A DNA stretch of 64,000 nt from Bacteroidota bacterium (GCA_016713525.1 JADJOZ010000007.1:95033-159032), one strand, 5' to 3'. Shown: positions 20,411 through 31,322, counted from the stretch's first letter. Numbers and translations are program-made. Notes: generated by a model from the letters alone, not told the origin.

Positions 20411-23400
20411 TTATAGTTTCACAATTCTTTCTCGATATACTCCTGAAAGTGTTGAAATTTCCATCATGTAAGTACCTTCAGCAATGTCATCTCCGATATT
20501 AATTTTAGTGATTCCATTCGAAGCAAATCCCTCGCCGGCCTTTTGACTGAAAATTAATTTTCCGGCAGCATCAAATACGGATACTTTTTCTACCACATCA
20601 TTAGCATCTGTGGTTGAAAGATTTATGATGTCACCTCTGAACGGATTAGGGAACAAGGAAACTACACCTGCTTTAATAAATGATACTACTTTAATTTCAC
20701 TGTGACTGGTTCTGCCATCAAAATCGGTTTGACGAAGACGATAATAGTTCACTCCACTATTTGGTTGTTCATCATAAGCAGTATAATTGCTTACTGATGT
20801 GGTCGTACCATTTCCATCCACTGTTAGCAAATCATTAAATTCAAAACCATTTCGGCTTCTTTCAACAGTAAAATAATCATTGTTTATTTCTGATGCAGTT
20901 ATCCAGTCGAGTTTAACAACTCCGGATTGAGCTTTAGCATCAAAAGAGAGTAATTCAACAGGTAAAGGAGAAGATTGAGAAGATAGTGTCCACCAGTTAT
21001 TCAATGAGGTTTGTGTCCCTGCCAAGGTGGTATTAATAGTTGGATTCGATTGTACACCTGCAGGTGGAAACCAGCCAAGAGAAACAGGTTCCCAAAGCTG
21101 AGCACGGGGATTAACAATTCCTCCGCGTTCTGCATTTGTCATTGAGAAAGTAAGATTTGAAGTAACATTACCCGGAACAACAATTCTCCAGAATCTGTCA
21201 ACAGTATTGGCACTATTGTCGGCACCACCAAAATCTCTGACATGTGTAACGGTTGGAGGCAATGGTGAATTATCAACTGCAGAATGATAAGTTGCAATCA
21301 TAACATCACCTGAGCTTCCGGAAACCGGTTGATAGGTAAAAGGAATATACTCTGCATCGTTATAACCAAATGGGATTACAAAACTTCCTGCAGTTGTTAT
21401 ATTCCATCTGATTGCACCGCTACCGTCTTCTGTTTCACTTCTGATGTAACCATCATTTCTTGTAATGGTAGCTCCATTTTCGAGGTTCAGAATATGTCCA
21501 CCACCTGCAGTATTATGATCATTATCAAGATTCAACTCACCATCAGTAACCACAAGACCAGTACGAATATTAACATCATCATTTTCAGGATATGCAAATT
21601 CTATATCCGGAGTACCCTGGAAATTGATGTCAAGATAACCATATTCATGATCAACAGTGGTGGCAATTCCCATTCCTGCTGATGTTATTATTTGATTATC
21701 TAAGCCATTATATTCTACAGTACTATTAGCATCAAGGTAAAAATTCATTCTGTAATCGCCACTTATTTGAGGACGAATAGCCGAACTCCCTGTTGCAAAA
21801 GAATATAGTCCGTTTGGATGACCTGTAGGCAACCGCCCACCACTATTTACATTTACTTTTGCATAGTATAAAGGCTGTTCTCTGGCTGCAATCATATTGG
21901 TACCCAAATTCAGAGTTCCATCGATATTAAGTGTTGTGTGATAATTTATATTTGCACTTGCATGTGAAGCAATAGTAAAATCGAAAGCTGATGCAGCAAA
22001 ATCAACAATTGTGTTTGCAGTTATTAACTGTTTTACTTGTTGAACATCATAAAGTGGTGATGTTCGGGTAACATTAATAGTACCTGGCCGATCATACCTG
22101 ATCAGTCCATATATCGTTCTGGTTGTTAAATGAGCGCGATGCGCAAACACTGTATTATTTCCGATTAAAACATCACTACCTTTAAAAATCAACTCGTGAA
22201 CCGCAGTGCTCAGGTAACAAGAATCAAAACAAAATGTGGAATTTTCAAATGAAGCATTCCCATTAACAGTTAATTTAATCTGATCTGCTGTTGCAGTATT
22301 GCTTTTATTATAAAGTACAGCTACACTATTTAATAAATTATAATTCCCGGCAACATCAATATTTGAAACTCCGGTATTCCATTTACACACTGAAAATCCT
22401 CCTGTTTGGTCAAAATCTCCTTGAATACTCCAGTTTGAAATTCCTTTTTGGGTTGATAAACTTATACTTCCATCTGCTATCAAAATTGAACCACCAATAG
22501 TTCCAGTTATATCATGTCCACGGGAAGAGGCTATTTCATAACCATTAAATCGTGTTTTCCCGCCAAGAATATTGATATTATTTCCGATTGAAATAATTTC
22601 TTCACCACTCGACATGGAGGTGACAAAAAGTCCTTTATTATGCCCGGAAACAATTAAGTTTCCACCCACAGTAAGGTTAAGCCTGGCGGTGTTATAACCT
22701 GCTCTTGAAATTAAATACACAACTTGTAATGAATCAGAAAATGAAATCACAAAGTCATTAGTCACAGTTACATCAATTATTCTTGAATCACTGATTTCAC
22801 CACGATGCAAATAGAATTTACTATTTGTGATAAATAAATCTGAACATGAAAGTGAAGCGTCCCCATTATTACCTGTGGTTCCATTGTTCATGGCACCGAA
22901 TGTGGAATTATTGATGTTGATTACTTCGGTTACATTTAAATCGATGGAACCATATCCTCTCGACTGATAGAAGGAACCGGCATTAACGGATAAACTACCA
23001 TTTATTCCGATGTTAACATTTCCAAATGCTTCTGAATGTCGTTGTCCATAAAATATGGAAGTGGCTCCATTTTGAGTGAAGTTTCTTCCAACCTGCATAT
23101 TTAAACCACCAGCAGTTGTACTTACATACAATTGGGCGTCTGTAATATTCAGATCATTTGTTACTGTTAAATAGGTGTCATTGTAATTGGTATCACAATA
23201 AGCGATGTAACAACGGGTTGTTGCTCCCAACAAAGTCATGTCACCATTAATGGTAACCTGAGCAATACCTAAAGTTCCATAGCTACCCATGAAATAAACA
23301 TTACGTGAATTATCAATAGTAAGACTTCCTGAGTTAAATGTGACATCCCCGTCAAATCTGTCTTTCAAAGTTACCAGAGCAGGATTTCCTGAAATCGTGG

Positions 23401-24733
23401 ATGTTCCTGTAATATTGAATGAAATTGGCCCAACAGCATTTTTATACGCTTCAAAAATACTTCCGTTAACCGAAAAATTTCCGTTTACAAAAATACTGGC
23501 AGAACCCGTATCGGCAACCGATTGACCAAGAACCATGCTAAAGCGGTGTTCGAAATGCAAATCTCCATTTACCGTCCAGATCAAATCTCCCATAGAACGA
23601 AACATGATGTATGACGAATTTGAATTGGTGCTGACATCTGAAAAACTACCAGTTTGTAATGTGAGATCACGAGCTGTTCCTGTACTGACAACTATTCTTC
23701 CTGATCCATCAACAACCACATCATTTAAAATTAAAGAAGTCGACATACCGGTACCATCATCAAAAACAACAGTTCCTGAAGATATTGTTAAGTCGCCTAA
23801 AATTCTGTCAGGAGCAAACAAACCATCCTGTTGCCAGCTTCCAACAGCGTTAAAAATCAAATTTCCAAATTTCCCGCTAACTAACGCACCTAATGGTACA
23901 TTATAATTGTACCATTTTTTCAAAATCATAGTTGAAGTTGGACTAATACTTTCAACTCCGGCAAAGATTCCTGTAGAGGCATCTGTTGTATTGTTATGGG
24001 TATATGTTCCTGATCCAGCAATTTGAAAAACTCCGGATACACCAATACTTTTATCTGTAATAAGGTTACCATTATTATTAATGGTTAAATTCACCAGATT
24101 GACACTAAAATCAGCAATCACCTGATGATTGATTGTAACATTGTCACTACAGCTCGGAATTATACCTCCGGCCCATATTGAAGCATCAGACCAATTTCCG
24201 TCTGCAATTGTTGTATAAGCAGCACCATTTCCTGTCGAGAAAAAACTTCCATGCAATATTCCCGATCCGGGAGCATTTCCTGTAATTGTTGCTGTTCCTC
24301 CAGTTAAGGTTCTGTAGAGATTCCCTGTCTGGTTGGGACCTGTTCCCCGAACTTCAATATTTCTGATTCGGAAATAATCAAGTGCATTAACATTACCAAC
24401 ATTCAGCGTCACGGTGATAGTTGATGCAGTAACACTAATTGATGCAAAACTAATGTCTGCTCCAGATGCAATTGAAATATTTCCAACTCCTGGTTTGAAT
24501 TCAAATCCAAGCGGCGCTGTTAATATAAAGGTGCTACCTGCCTGAATTGGGAAATCATTATTCAAAGTTTCGGCAATAGTTATATTACCAATAATAGCAT
24601 AAGGGCCGGGGGAAATTGACAAACAATTACCTCCGGTAGCGGGGGTGACGGTAACATTGGCTTTTGAAACAGTTACCATAATAAATGATAACAAAATCAA
24701 TAATCCCGGTAATTTGAGTTTTAACTTTTTCAT
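20411..24733 (-). CDS. giant T9SS-secreted surface protein A (beta-helix-like repeats plus type A C-terminal sorting domain)
   Basis: ORF runs to 24862, but the signal peptide MKKLKLKLPGLLILLSFIMVTVSKA starts at 24733; N/G/T/S-rich repeats; GNWSDASIWAGGIIPS motif; C-terminal about 80-aa T9SS sorting domain ending ...ISTLSGVYRERIVKL. Confidence 0.7.
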   Translation of the reverse strand: MKKLKLKLPGLLILLSFIMVTVSKANVTVTPATGGNCLSISPGPYAIIGNITIAETLNNDFPIQAGSTFILTAPLGFEFKPGVGNISIASGADISFASISVTASTITVTLNVGNVNALDYFRIRNIEVRGTGPNQTGNLYRTLTGGTATITGNAPGSGILHGSFFSTGNGAAYTTIADGNWSDASIWAGGIIPSCSDNVTINHQVIADFSVNLVNLTINNNGNLITDKSIGVSGVFQIAGSGTYTHNNTTDASTGIFAGVESISPTSTMILKKWYNYNVPLGALVSGKFGNLIFNAVGSWQQDGLFAPDRILGDLTISSGTVVFDDGTGMSTSLILNDVVVDGSGRIVVSTGTARDLTLQTGSFSDVSTNSNSSYIMFRSMGDLIWTVNGDLHFEHRFSMVLGQSVADTGSASIFVNGNFSVNGSIFEAYKNAVGPISFNITGTSTISGNPALVTLKDRFDGDVTFNSGSLTIDNSRNVYFMGSYGTLGIAQVTINGDMTLLGATTRCYIAYCDTNYNDTYLTVTNDLNITDAQLYVSTTAGGLNMQVGRNFTQNGATSIFYGQRHSEAFGNVNIGINGSLSVNAGSFYQSRGYGSIDLNVTEVININNSTFGAMNNGTTGNNGDASLSCSDLFITNSKFYLHRGEISDSRIIDVTVTNDFVISFSDSLQVVYLISRAGYNTARLNLTVGGNLIVSGHNKGLFVTSMSSGEEIISIGNNINILGGKTRFNGYEIASSRGHDITGTIGGSILIADGSISLSTQKGISNWSIQGDFDQTGGFSVCKWNTGVSNIDVAGNYNLLNSVAVLYNKSNTATADQIKLTVNGNASFENSTFCFDSCYLSTAVHELIFKGSDVLIGNNTVFAHRAHLTTRTIYGLIRYDRPGTINVTRTSPLYDVQQVKQLITANTIVDFAASAFDFTIASHASANINYHTTLNIDGTLNLGTNMIAAREQPLYYAKVNVNSGGRLPTGHPNGLYSFATGSSAIRPQISGDYRMNFYLDANSTVEYNGLDNQIITSAGMGIATTVDHEYGYLDINFQGTPDIEFAYPENDDVNIRTGLVVTDGELNLDNDHNTAGGGHILNLENGATITRNDGYIRSETEDGSGAIRWNITTAGSFVIPFGYNDAEYIPFTYQPVSGSSGDVMIATYHSAVDNSPLPPTVTHVRDFGGADNSANTVDRFWRIVVPGNVTSNLTFSMTNAERGGIVNPRAQLWEPVSLGWFPPAGVQSNPTINTTLAGTQTSLNNWWTLSSQSSPLPVELLSFDAKAQSGVVKLDWITASEINNDYFTVERSRNGFEFNDLLTVDGNGTTTSVSNYTAYDEQPNSGVNYYRLRQTDFDGRTSHSEIKVVSFIKAGVVSLFPNPFRGDIINLSTTDANDVVEKVSVFDAAGKLIFSQKAGEGFASNGITKINIGDDIAEGTYMMEISTLSGVYRERIVKL

Positions 24734-25263
24734 ATCAATGTGGCTGGCACAGCCATTTTTTTCGAGTACAAACGGTTCAACTAGGTGCACATTTATACCA
24801 TTGATGTACTCAAAAGATTGAACATTTTTTAGCAAAACCTTACAATATAATTTCAACCTCAAAATTGATTAAAATATTGCATCTCATTGATTATATGTGA
24901 TTTACAAAATTCTAAAGTGCTCCTTTCTGATCAAAAATGACTTAAAAGTCACTGGTTTGAAAAACAAAGCGCTCAAATGACTTTTGAACAGCCTATCCGA
25001 CTAGTTAAAATGGAATCGTATTGTTGAAAATGTAAGGCATTTACAGATAAAAACAAATTTATAGATTATAACTATATAATATTCAATATATTGTAAATCC
25101 AGACATCAAAATCCAAGCGATTAATTTCTGTAATAAAAGTGAGCATTTTGGTGAACATTCTCGGCTTGAATGATGTATACAGGTTCATCTTTCAATAAAA
25201 AAAAGAGACCGAACACGACACTTTAAGTTAAGAGACTACATATAATATTAATCTGCCCGGATT

Positions 25264-28200
25264 ATGAATCGATTCTGCCCAATCGTATCATTATCATCAT
25301 TAGTGATGATTTTGTTGCTCATTTTTTCACCAACTGCACATGCGGCGGTAACAGTTACACCTGCGTCTTCCGGATCCTGTTTAAACCTGTCACCAGGGGC
25401 ATATCTTGCCATTGGAGATATTGTTATTCAGGAAAATAATAATGGTGATTTTAGCTCCGCCGGAGGTAGTCGTACATTAATTTTATCGGCACCAGCAAAC
25501 TTTCAATTCCAGGCAGGCGTTGGTAATGTAACATATCAGGCAGGTAGAAACATAACTGCCGCAAGTATTGCGGTTGCAGCCGGAACAATTACAGTAACTT
25601 ATACATGTAGCAACACAAATCGTAGCGACCGGATGACCATTTCAGGGATTATGGCTCGAGCAACCGCTGTACCTGCATCCGGAAATATTGTAAGAACAGG
25701 TGGTACAGGAACCATCAATGGAGATGCAACAGGAGGCGGTGTTAACCATGGTACTTTAACAGCCTTTGCCGGTGGAGCTACACGTACATCTATTGCAGCA
25801 GGAAACTGGTCATCTCCCGGAACCTGGTCGGGTGGCAATGTTCCAAATTGCAATGACAATGCCGTCATTAACCACAATGTAACAGGCGACATGAGTACCA
25901 AATTAAACAATCTCACAATAAACACTGGTGGTACATTAACTTCAAACAGTTCTATAACTGTTACAGGAACATTTACCATAGCCGGTACCGGAACATACAT
26001 TCACAATAATAATGCGAATGCTGCAATTGGTATATTTTCAGGAACTGAAAGTTTTTCAACAACCAGCACCATAGAAATGCGTGATTGGTATAATACAAAT
26101 ATCCCACTTGCCACAAATGTTTCAGGAGATTTTGGCCACATCATTTTTGATGAAGGAAGTGGAAGTACCTGGAATCAAGATGGTCTATTTTCCCCCCACC
26201 GTATTAAAGGAAATCTGACAATCAGATCAGGAGGGATTTTAATGGACGATGGTACAGGAATGACTACTACTCTTACCCTTCAGGATGTTTTGCTGGAAGG
26301 AAGTGGTGCATTACGAATTGCTGAAGGCAATGACAGAAATCTGACCTTAGTAACAAACAATTATTCCGACAGCAGAACTTCAGGAAGTGTTTTTTATTCC
26401 GGAATTCAATTCGACTGCTCAGGCAGTGTAAGCTGGACAGCCAATGGAGATGTCCTTATTGAAGCATCGTGGAGCTACTATGAAGGCAGTGCTGGTACCG
26501 GTAATTCTGTGATTACCATAAATGGTGATTTAACAATTGATGCGGGGGCATTCGACTTCAATCGAAATGTGGATGCATCGCTTACAGTAGTCGTTAATGG
26601 AAACACCTATGTGAATAATAATACTACATGGGTTCGCTTTCTCGACAGATACGATGAAGATATAAGTTTTACTACAACGAATATGTATGTATATGGAGGA
26701 GCAAACAATACTTTTCATGGAGGTACAAATCCTACCGGCGATGCCATATTTAATATTACAAATGATTTGATTGTAACCGGTGGATCTACTGTAGCCACTT
26801 TTGTTAGCAGTACTAGTAACACAGCAACTTCAACATTAAATGTTGGAAGAGATATTTTGCTGACAGATGGAGACATCAGAGTTTCAAACACCAATTCAAC
26901 CACAACAATTAATGTAAGCAGAAATATTGTTCTTACGGGATCAAATAGTGATTTTTATGGACAAATTTACAGTTCAGGTAACAAACTCACAGATTTAAAT
27001 GTTACCGGCAATATTGAACTCAACAATGGCGACTTCTATATTTCTCTTGGATTAGGAAATGTAACATGTGATATTGTAGAAAACCTTGATATCAATAATG
27101 GTAGATTTTTTGCAATCAACAATACAGCTGCGGCAAATAATGGTCTTGTTACATTTTCATGCAATGACCTCGACTTCGATGGAGGAATATTCCATCTTTT
27201 CAATGGTAGAATTAATGACGGAAAAACAATAACTGCTACAATTAATGGCAACCTTGATATAAACTTCCTGAACATTGCTGATCTGGTAACTTTCATTGGT
27301 TTAACAGGGACAAATAACCCATTACTTGATCTGAATATCTCTGGAAATATGATCGTTAACGGAAACTTTCCGGGCTCCTATTTTATGAGCAGTTCTTCAT
27401 CAGGAAATGAAACAGTTGATATTGGAGGAAACCTGACAGTAAATGCAGGAGATGTGTTTTTTGTAGGTAATGAATCAGGATTGACAGCCAGTCATAACAT
27501 AACCACCAACATAACTGGTGACATAAATATTACCGGTGGCAATACCCGTCTTTCAACAGGAACAGGTACAGCAGATATTGATGTGGATGGATCTGTTTCC
27601 ATTTCAAATGGAACACTTTCATTGAAATATGATGCAGGTGTTGCTACTCTGAATGTTTTGGGAAGCTATACTCAAAGCGGGGGAACTTTCAACTTACACT
27701 CCAGGAATGCAACAACCGCTGACAACAATATCGTTAATGTATTTGGTAATTTCCTAATGAGCAATGGAACTTTCCGATTCGATAACTTTGCTTCAGGAGC
27801 GGGATTAGCTGAACATAGCTTATTCTTGTATGGCACATCTTTCACACTTGATGGAAATGCTTCAATTATTCATGCAAATGACCTGACCACCAACTACATT
27901 TTTGGTCAAATATATTTTAGCTATCCCGGAACCATGGATTACTTGCGTTACAGCAATACCAATTCTATTAATCATGTTCGTTACACGGTTCAACCTTCCA
28001 CTACACTGGATGCAACCAGCAGCACTTTCCCATTACAAATAACTTCCGTTGATAACAGCACACCTGCAAATCATTTCGCACTTACTGTGAACGGAACCAT
28101 TGATATGGGAAATCAAATCATTCAAGCACGACAATCAGGTTCTCATTATTCAAGGGTTATTGTTGCTGCAGGAGGACGATACAGATTAAGTCACACCGGA

Positions 28201-29601
28201 GGATTATATTCTGGAAATGCATTAACAGCATCTTCAATTGATGGATTTATTAACGGAAATAACCGTGTAAACTATCAGCTCAATATAAGTTCAATCGTTG
28301 AATATTATGGAACTTCAAATATTCCAATCACTGGAATCCCAAATGGAGTTGCCACTGGAAATAATCAAAAATATGGTTTTCTTGAAATAAACTTTACCGG
28401 AGTGGCAGGTTCAACCTGGGTTTATCCGGAAGCTAATAATGAAGTTTATGTTCGATCAGGACTTCTGCTTACTGCAGGTGAATTTAATCTCGATAATGAC
28501 CACAATACAGCAACCGGGGGACGAGCAATTACAATTGAAAACAATGCTACTATCTCACGTACTTCAGGTTTTATCCGTAGTGAAACCGAAGATGGTTCAG
28601 GAATTGTTCAGTGGGATATAAATAGCAATGGAAGCTATGTTGTTCCTTTGGGCTATGATGCTATGACCTACATTCCATTTACATATCAGCAAACTGCCGG
28701 AGCATCAGGCATTGTTTCTTTTGGAACTTATCGTTCAGCAGCAGACAACACCCCTTTCCCTCCAACAGTATCACATGTAAGAGATCTTTCAGGCACTGAT
28801 AATAGTGCTAGTACTATAGACCGGTTCTGGAAACTAACCCAAGCAGGAGCAGGAACAGCAACTTTAACCTTCTCTTATGCTGCTGCAGAAGATCCGGGTA
28901 TATTAAGTCCGAGGGCTCAACTCTGGGAACCGGTTTCACTCGGATGGTTTCCGGCTACTGCAGGACAATCCAATCCAACAGCAACAACTACTGCTGTCCC
29001 TACAATTACTACGTTAAATACCTGGTGGACTCTTGCTGCGGCAGCTTCTCCTCTTCCAATCGAATTACTTTCATTTGAAGCAATTAAATCAGGCAATAAT
29101 GTGGATTTAATCTGGCGAACTGCAAGTGAAATAAATAATGATTTCTTCACTATTCAAAAAAGTAAGAATGGTTATGAATTTGAAGACATTGCCACTGTTG
29201 ATGGTGCTGGCAACAGCACATCGGTAACAAATTACAAAATTACTGATACCAAACCTTACAATGGAATTAACTATTACAGACTGATGCAAACCGATTTTGA
29301 CGGCAAGTTCACTTATAGTGAAATCAGAAGCATTTTCTTCGGTACTAAAGGTGCGATCTCGGTATTCCCGAATCCTGCTCCACAAAATAACCAAATTCAG
29401 ATTGCAATTCCAAATGAAGGAGAGTATACAATGAATATTACTGATGCAAGTGGCAGAATAATTCAATATGAAAAAATTCATGCGACTGCAAATAATCAGA
29501 TAGTACCGATAAATCTGAATGCAACTCTCAGCTCGGGAATATATCAGATTGGAATACAAAATGAAAATGAAAATTACAACTCCAAATTAATAATTCGGTA
29601 A
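25264..29601 (+). CDS. giant T9SS-secreted surface protein B (paralog of A, divergently transcribed)
   Basis: 1445 aa; signal peptide; same architecture as A (AAVTVTPASSGSCLNLSPG vs ANVTVTPATGGNCLSISPG; GNWSSPGTWSGGNVPN; LPIELLSF...); T9SS C-terminal sorting domain. Confidence 0.7.
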   Translation: MNRFCPIVSLSSLVMILLLIFSPTAHAAVTVTPASSGSCLNLSPGAYLAIGDIVIQENNNGDFSSAGGSRTLILSAPANFQFQAGVGNVTYQAGRNITAASIAVAAGTITVTYTCSNTNRSDRMTISGIMARATAVPASGNIVRTGGTGTINGDATGGGVNHGTLTAFAGGATRTSIAAGNWSSPGTWSGGNVPNCNDNAVINHNVTGDMSTKLNNLTINTGGTLTSNSSITVTGTFTIAGTGTYIHNNNANAAIGIFSGTESFSTTSTIEMRDWYNTNIPLATNVSGDFGHIIFDEGSGSTWNQDGLFSPHRIKGNLTIRSGGILMDDGTGMTTTLTLQDVLLEGSGALRIAEGNDRNLTLVTNNYSDSRTSGSVFYSGIQFDCSGSVSWTANGDVLIEASWSYYEGSAGTGNSVITINGDLTIDAGAFDFNRNVDASLTVVVNGNTYVNNNTTWVRFLDRYDEDISFTTTNMYVYGGANNTFHGGTNPTGDAIFNITNDLIVTGGSTVATFVSSTSNTATSTLNVGRDILLTDGDIRVSNTNSTTTINVSRNIVLTGSNSDFYGQIYSSGNKLTDLNVTGNIELNNGDFYISLGLGNVTCDIVENLDINNGRFFAINNTAAANNGLVTFSCNDLDFDGGIFHLFNGRINDGKTITATINGNLDINFLNIADLVTFIGLTGTNNPLLDLNISGNMIVNGNFPGSYFMSSSSSGNETVDIGGNLTVNAGDVFFVGNESGLTASHNITTNITGDINITGGNTRLSTGTGTADIDVDGSVSISNGTLSLKYDAGVATLNVLGSYTQSGGTFNLHSRNATTADNNIVNVFGNFLMSNGTFRFDNFASGAGLAEHSLFLYGTSFTLDGNASIIHANDLTTNYIFGQIYFSYPGTMDYLRYSNTNSINHVRYTVQPSTTLDATSSTFPLQITSVDNSTPANHFALTVNGTIDMGNQIIQARQSGSHYSRVIVAAGGRYRLSHTGGLYSGNALTASSIDGFINGNNRVNYQLNISSIVEYYGTSNIPITGIPNGVATGNNQKYGFLEINFTGVAGSTWVYPEANNEVYVRSGLLLTAGEFNLDNDHNTATGGRAITIENNATISRTSGFIRSETEDGSGIVQWDINSNGSYVVPLGYDAMTYIPFTYQQTAGASGIVSFGTYRSAADNTPFPPTVSHVRDLSGTDNSASTIDRFWKLTQAGAGTATLTFSYAAAEDPGILSPRAQLWEPVSLGWFPATAGQSNPTATTTAVPTITTLNTWWTLAAAASPLPIELLSFEAIKSGNNVDLIWRTASEINNDFFTIQKSKNGYEFEDIATVDGAGNSTSVTNYKITDTKPYNGINYYRLMQTDFDGKFTYSEIRSIFFGTKGAISVFPNPAPQNNQIQIAIPNEGEYTMNITDASGRIIQYEKIHATANNQIVPINLNATLSSGIYQIGIQNENENYNSKLIIR

Positions 29602-29606
29602 GAACT

Positions 29607-29896
29607 GTTGTCAGCACTGCCCTGCTGATAGCTTTCTTCCGGATTGATGTTACCATGTGAACAGTGAAGTAAAGGGTCGGCACTGCCCGGCCGGCCCTTC
29701 TTTTAAAATTAAAATTGACTTAGCATTATCAGTAAATAAAGAGGCTATCACTGCCCTGATAGCCTCTCTTTTCACAAATTAAAACTGAATCCAAATAAAT
29801 TTAGAGACTATCTCTGCCCGGATAGTCTCTCTTTTCAATCTTTAAATAATATTCACAAAATAAGCCAAACTACCACTGCCCTGTTGGTCTGGCTTA
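29607..29896 (+). repeat. array of five stem-loops with invariant CUGCCC loop and co-varying stems (3' region of giant gene B)
   Basis: Hairpins at about 29607-29632, 29674-29697, 29740-29767, 29803-29830 and 29863-29894. Loops are CTGCCC, ACTGCCCG, CTGCCC, (T)CTGCCC(G) and CTGCCC. Stems of 8-13 bp differ in sequence; hairpins 3 and 4 are homologous, with compensatory G-C to A-T changes. Confidence 0.5.
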
Positions 29897-29930
29897 AAAA
29901 AAAGGGGAGAATGTTCAATTCTCCCCTTTC
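29896..29930 (-). terminator. rho-independent terminator of the M20 peptidase gene (bidirectional in form)
   Basis: GGGGAGAAT-GTTCA-ATTCTCCCC hairpin flanked by A8 on the plus strand (T8 after the hairpin on the minus strand). Confidence 0.6.
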
Positions 29931-29947
29931 AATTAATCAATGAAGAT

Positions 29948-31322
29948 TTATTTTTTCATCAATTCAGCATAATTCTTAAAAAAGTGTGGAATAGTTTCAA
30001 TACCCTTCATAAAATTGAATATTCCATAATGTTCATTCGGACTGTGAATATCATCGGAATTTAGTCCGAATCCCAAAAGAACTGACTTCAGTCCTAATTC
30101 TCTTTCAAACAAAGCCACAATTGGAATAGAGCCACCTTCTCTTGTTGGAATTGGTTTCTTACCAAATGTAGTTTCCATTGCTGCACTTGCAGCCTTATAA
30201 GCAACGGAATCAGTAGGAGTTACAACTGGTTCGCCTCCATGGTGTGGTGTAACTTTAACTTTAACCGATTTAGGGGCAATTTTTTCAAAATGCTTCTGAA
30301 ATAAGGCAGTTATTTTTTCAGAAGTCTGGTTTGGAACTAAACGCATTGAAATTTTAGCAAAAGCTTTAGAAGGTAACACAGTTTTCGCACCTTCTCCGAT
30401 ATAACCACCCCAAATGCCATTCAACTCGAAACTCGGACGAATAGATGTTCTTTCATTGGTAGTAAATCCTGATTCTCCATGCACATCATTAATCTGCAGG
30501 TCTTTCATGTAGGCATCCTGACTAAATGGTGCTTTGGCCATTTCATTTCGTTCTTCAGCACTTATTTCAACAACATCATCATAAAAGCCTGGTATAGTGA
30601 TATGATTAGTTTCATCTTTGGTAGCGGCGATCATCTCACCTAAAATCTGGATCGGATTTGCAACTGCTCCACCATAAACTCCGGAATGTAAATCACGATT
30701 TGGTCCTGTAACTTCTACTTCAACATAAGAAAGTCCACGTAAGCCAACAGTTATGGATGGGACATCATTTGCGATCATTGAAGTGTCTGATATCAATATC
30801 ACATCAGCTTTTAAACGGGCTTTGTTATTTTTTACAAATTCACCCAAATTCACCGAACCTACTTCTTCTTCACCTTCAATCAGGAATTTTATATTACAAG
30901 GCAGTGACTGATTTTTCATCATGCTTTCAAAAGCTTTCCATATGCATGAAAACCTGTCCCTTATCGTCACAGGATCCACGCGCATATATTTTCTCATCCT
31001 TTATTATCGGCTCGAAGGGTGGTGAATGCCATAAATCCAATGGATCGGCAGGCTGTACATCATAATGACCATAAACCAAAACTGTTGGCAATGATTCATC
31101 AATAATTTTCTCACCATATACTATTGGATGTCCTTTCGTCTGACAAATTTCAACTTTATCGGCTCCGGCAGTAATCAGATTGTCACTAATAAAAGAGGCA
31201 GCTTTCTGCACATGATCTTTATACTTTGAATCTGCACTTACCGAGGGTATTCTGAGTAAATCGAATAATTCCTTTAAGAACTGATCTTTATGGGTTGCAA
31301 TGTAATTCTGAACTTTTTCCAT
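29948..31322 (-). CDS. M20 family dipeptidase, with apparent 1-nt indel near 30937-30940
   Basis: N-part ...IYARGSCDDKGQVFMHM and C-part KAFESMM...EGEEEVGS... join to the M20 consensus MH(V/M)KA(L/F)E; two ORFs overlap in different frames. Confidence 0.7.

Noticed and set aside
24734-24862. N-terminal extension of giant gene A (MRLKLYCKVLLKNVQSFEYINGINVHLVEPFVLEKNGCASHIDM...)
   Set aside because: The signal peptide begins at the internal Met (24733), and the paralog B starts directly with its signal peptide. The extension is an open frame in AT-rich leader sequence.
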